DNA from: Paracoccaceae bacterium
GTDB lineage: Bacteria; Pseudomonadota; Alphaproteobacteria; Rhodobacterales; Rhodobacteraceae
Reading direction: 5' to 3'
Length of the DNA stretch: 37,791 nt
NCBI GenBank assembly: GCA_047622125.1
Contig: JBLHNX010000001.1
Location: 1-37,791, forward strand
Shown here: positions 35,699 to 37,791 of the stretch, in pieces
Layout: each line of letters begins with the position of its first letter
Numbering within the stretch: the stretch's first letter is position 1
Notes under the pieces: model-generated
What the model saw: the letters and a program-made list of their open reading frames with translations, nothing else
The model's database searches: none
What the model was told of the DNA's origin: nothing
Program-made: the position numbers and the translations under genes

Positions 35699-36618
35699 TG
35701 AAAATCGCCCTCGTCGGAATTGGCAAGATCGCGGTCGATCAGCATGTGCCTGCCATTGCCAACAGTGATGATTGGGAACTTGCGGGCACCGTAAGCCGTT
35801 CAGGCACCGTCGATGGCGTGCCTGCCTACATAGATATAGACACTATGTTGGCCGAAAACCCCGAAATTGGGGTTGTTAGCCTGTGCCTCCCGCCTGTGCC
35901 GCGCTTTGCCTATGCGCAGGCCGCTTTGCGCGCTGGACGGCATGTGATGCTGGAAAAACCGCCCGGTGCAACCTTGGCCGAAGTTCATGCGCTACAAGAT
36001 CTAGCACAAGCGCAAGGGCAGACACTTTTTGCAACTTGGCATAGCCGCATGGCGCAGGGTGTCGCGCAGGCCAAGGCGTTTCTGGCGGGTAAATCCGTCA
36101 CCAGGGGCCACATCACTTGGAAGGAAGACGTGAAGCGCTGGCACCCCGGCCAAGATTGGGTCTTTGCCCCCGGTGGCATGGGTGTGTTTGATCCGGGCAT
36201 CAACGCATTGTCGATCCTGACCGAAATACTGCCCGCACCCGTGCATTTGCAGGATGCAACGCTAGAAGTACCGGAAAACTGCCAAACCCCGATTGCAGCA
36301 AGACTAACGTTCACGGACCAGATCACCGCCGATTTCGACTGGCGACAGGAAGGGCCGCAAAGCTGGGACATGTGGATCGAAACGGCCGATCACCGCATTG
36401 AACTGCAGCAGGGCGGCACCAAAATAGTCATCGACGGCGTGGATGTAACTGCGAACGCCAGCGGAACGTCCCTCTTGGGTGAATACCCCGCACTTTATGC
36501 CCGTATGGCGGAATTGGTGAACAGCGGCGCAAGTGACGTTGATCTTTCGCCCATGATCCACGTATCGGATGCAATGACCCTTGGAAAACGCGTGTCGGTT
36601 TCCGCCTTTCATCTGTAG
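35698..36618 (+). CDS. Gfo/Idh/MocA oxidoreductase (D-galactose/L-arabinose 1-dehydrogenase type)
   Basis: GIGKIA Rossmann motif, HVMLEKPP, WKEDVKRWHPGQDW, GVFDPGINALS, EYPALY; TAATG overlap with the dehydratase. Confidence 0.9.
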   Translation: MKIALVGIGKIAVDQHVPAIANSDDWELAGTVSRSGTVDGVPAYIDIDTMLAENPEIGVVSLCLPPVPRFAYAQAALRAGRHVMLEKPPGATLAEVHALQDLAQAQGQTLFATWHSRMAQGVAQAKAFLAGKSVTRGHITWKEDVKRWHPGQDWVFAPGGMGVFDPGINALSILTEILPAPVHLQDATLEVPENCQTPIAARLTFTDQITADFDWRQEGPQSWDMWIETADHRIELQQGGTKIVIDGVDVTANASGTSLLGEYPALYARMAELVNSGASDVDLSPMIHVSDAMTLGKRVSVSAFHL

Positions 36619-36682
36619 TTTCGTGGCTTGTCCCAACGCCCCAACTTGGGCCCTATGACCGAAATGACCAACGAGGGCTGAG

Positions 36683-37791
36683 ATGGCGATTCTTTTGGGC
36701 GTCGATACAGGCGGCACATATACTGACGCCGTCCTCTTGGACGAAGACAGCAATACCGTGCTTGCGGCGGCCAAATCGCTCACAACACGCCCTGATCTTG
36801 CCCTCGGGATCGGACGTGCGATTGATGCCGTCTTGGACGAATCCAGCGTTGATGGCGGCCAGATTGCAATGGTGTCTTTGTCCACGACCCTCGCGACCAA
36901 TGCTTTAGTCGAAGGTCAGGGTGGTCGTATCGCACTAATCTTTATCGGTTTTGATGCCGCCGAACTAAACCGGGCCGGACTGACCGACGCTTTGGCTGGC
37001 GACCCAGTTATCATGCTTGCCGGTGGCCATGACCATGCGGGTGGCGAAGCCGCGCCGCTTGACCTGTCCGCCCTTGAATCGCGTTTGGCGGACCTGCCTG
37101 ATGGTTTGACAGGGATCGCCGTTGCCGCCAGTTTTGCCACACGAAACCCCGCGCATGAAATTGCCGCGCGTGATCTGATCCGTCGCGTTACGGGTAAACC
37201 GGTAACCTGCAGCCACGAGCTTTCTTCGGCACTTGGCGGACCAAAGCGCGCGCTTACCGCAGTTTTGAATGCCCGATTGATTGGCATGCTTGATCGTTTG
37301 ATTGGTGCCTGCGAAGGGCATCTTGCAAAGGTCGGAATCCATGCCCGCCTGATGGTGGTGCGCGGCGATGGCGCGCTTGTTTCTGCGGAATTGGCGCGCG
37401 AACGCCCCATTGAAACTATCCTGAGCGGCCCTGCAGCCAGCATTGCCGGCGCGAGTTGGCTAACTGGCGAAACAGACGCACTGGTGAGCGATATTGGCGG
37501 CACCACCACCGACATTTGCCTGCTTCGGAACGGTAAGCCCAAGATTGATCCGCAAGGGGCCCGTGTTGGCCCGTACCGCACCATGGTCGAAGCCGTGGCA
37601 ATGCGCACTTGGGGGCTTGGTGGTGATAGCGAGGTCCATATCCAAGACGGGTTGGTAGGAGGATTGCAGCTTGGTCCGCGTCGCCTGATGCCTGTGTCAC
37701 TGCTTGCCCAAGACCATCCCAAACTGGTTCATGATGCATTGGATCGTGCCCTAACGACAGACAGCCCACCACACGAGGCGGGACGCTTTGT
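36683..37791 (+). CDS. Hydantoinase/oxoprolinase family protein (5' part; runs off the window edge)
   Basis: Not in the ORF track. Manual translation MAILLGVDTGGTYTDAVL...SLSTTLATNALVEG...ETILSGPAAS...DIGGTTTD...GLGGDS. Confidence 0.92.
   Translation, partial: MAILLGVDTGGTYTDAVLLDEDSNTVLAAAKSLTTRPDLALGIGRAIDAVLDESSVDGGQIAMVSLSTTLATNALVEGQGGRIALIFIGFDAAELNRAGLTDALAGDPVIMLAGGHDHAGGEAAPLDLSALESRLADLPDGLTGIAVAASFATRNPAHEIAARDLIRRVTGKPVTCSHELSSALGGPKRALTAVLNARLIGMLDRLIGACEGHLAKVGIHARLMVVRGDGALVSAELARERPIETILSGPAASIAGASWLTGETDALVSDIGGTTTDICLLRNGKPKIDPQGARVGPYRTMVEAVAMRTWGLGGDSEVHIQDGLVGGLQLGPRRLMPVSLLAQDHPKLVHDALDRALTTDSPPHEAGRF

Noticed and set aside
36916-37722. 268-aa minus-strand ORF, the longest ORF-track call in this region
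   Set aside because: Antisense to the real hydantoinase/oxoprolinase gene, which the track missed because it runs off the window.
1-37791. Mobile elements, CRISPR arrays, tRNA/rRNA, prophage
   Set aside because: No transposase or integrase motifs, regular repeat-spacer arrays, RNA gene signatures or obvious compositional break seen by eye.

Overview
Alphaproteobacterial DNA, most likely Rhodobacteraceae/Roseobacter group (inferred from gene order and protein motifs). Bases 1-30365 hold a near-complete fla1-type flagellar cluster: flgD (partial), fliK, flgJ, flgN, fliC, flaF, flbT, DUF1217, fliI, flgB-flgC-fliE-fliQ-flgF-flgG-flgA-flgH-fliL, a FliJ-like ORF, flhB-fliR-flhA, a 752-aa secreted protein, motA, motE, DUF6468, a second fliL, fliF-fliH-fliN-fliP, flgI-flgL-flgK-flgE and motB. 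Most promoter regions carry CtrA-type TTAA-N7-TTAA boxes. Directly upstream of motB and on the same strand is a tightly coupled four-gene operon (33785 to 30446): a protein of unknown function with a possible dUTPase-like fold, a TPR plus GT-B glycosyltransferase of the FlmG/FlbA type, a DUF6165 protein and an FkbM methyltransferase. This is the best candidate for a little-described system, a putative flagellin glycosylation and glycan-tailoring module next to an enlarged Ser/Thr-rich flagellin. The window ends with an IlvD/Edd sugar-acid dehydratase, a Gfo/Idh/MocA aldose dehydrogenase and a partial hydantoinase/oxoprolinase gene. No rRNA, tRNA, CRISPR array or mobile element was seen. All family calls come from motif recognition by eye, with no database searches.
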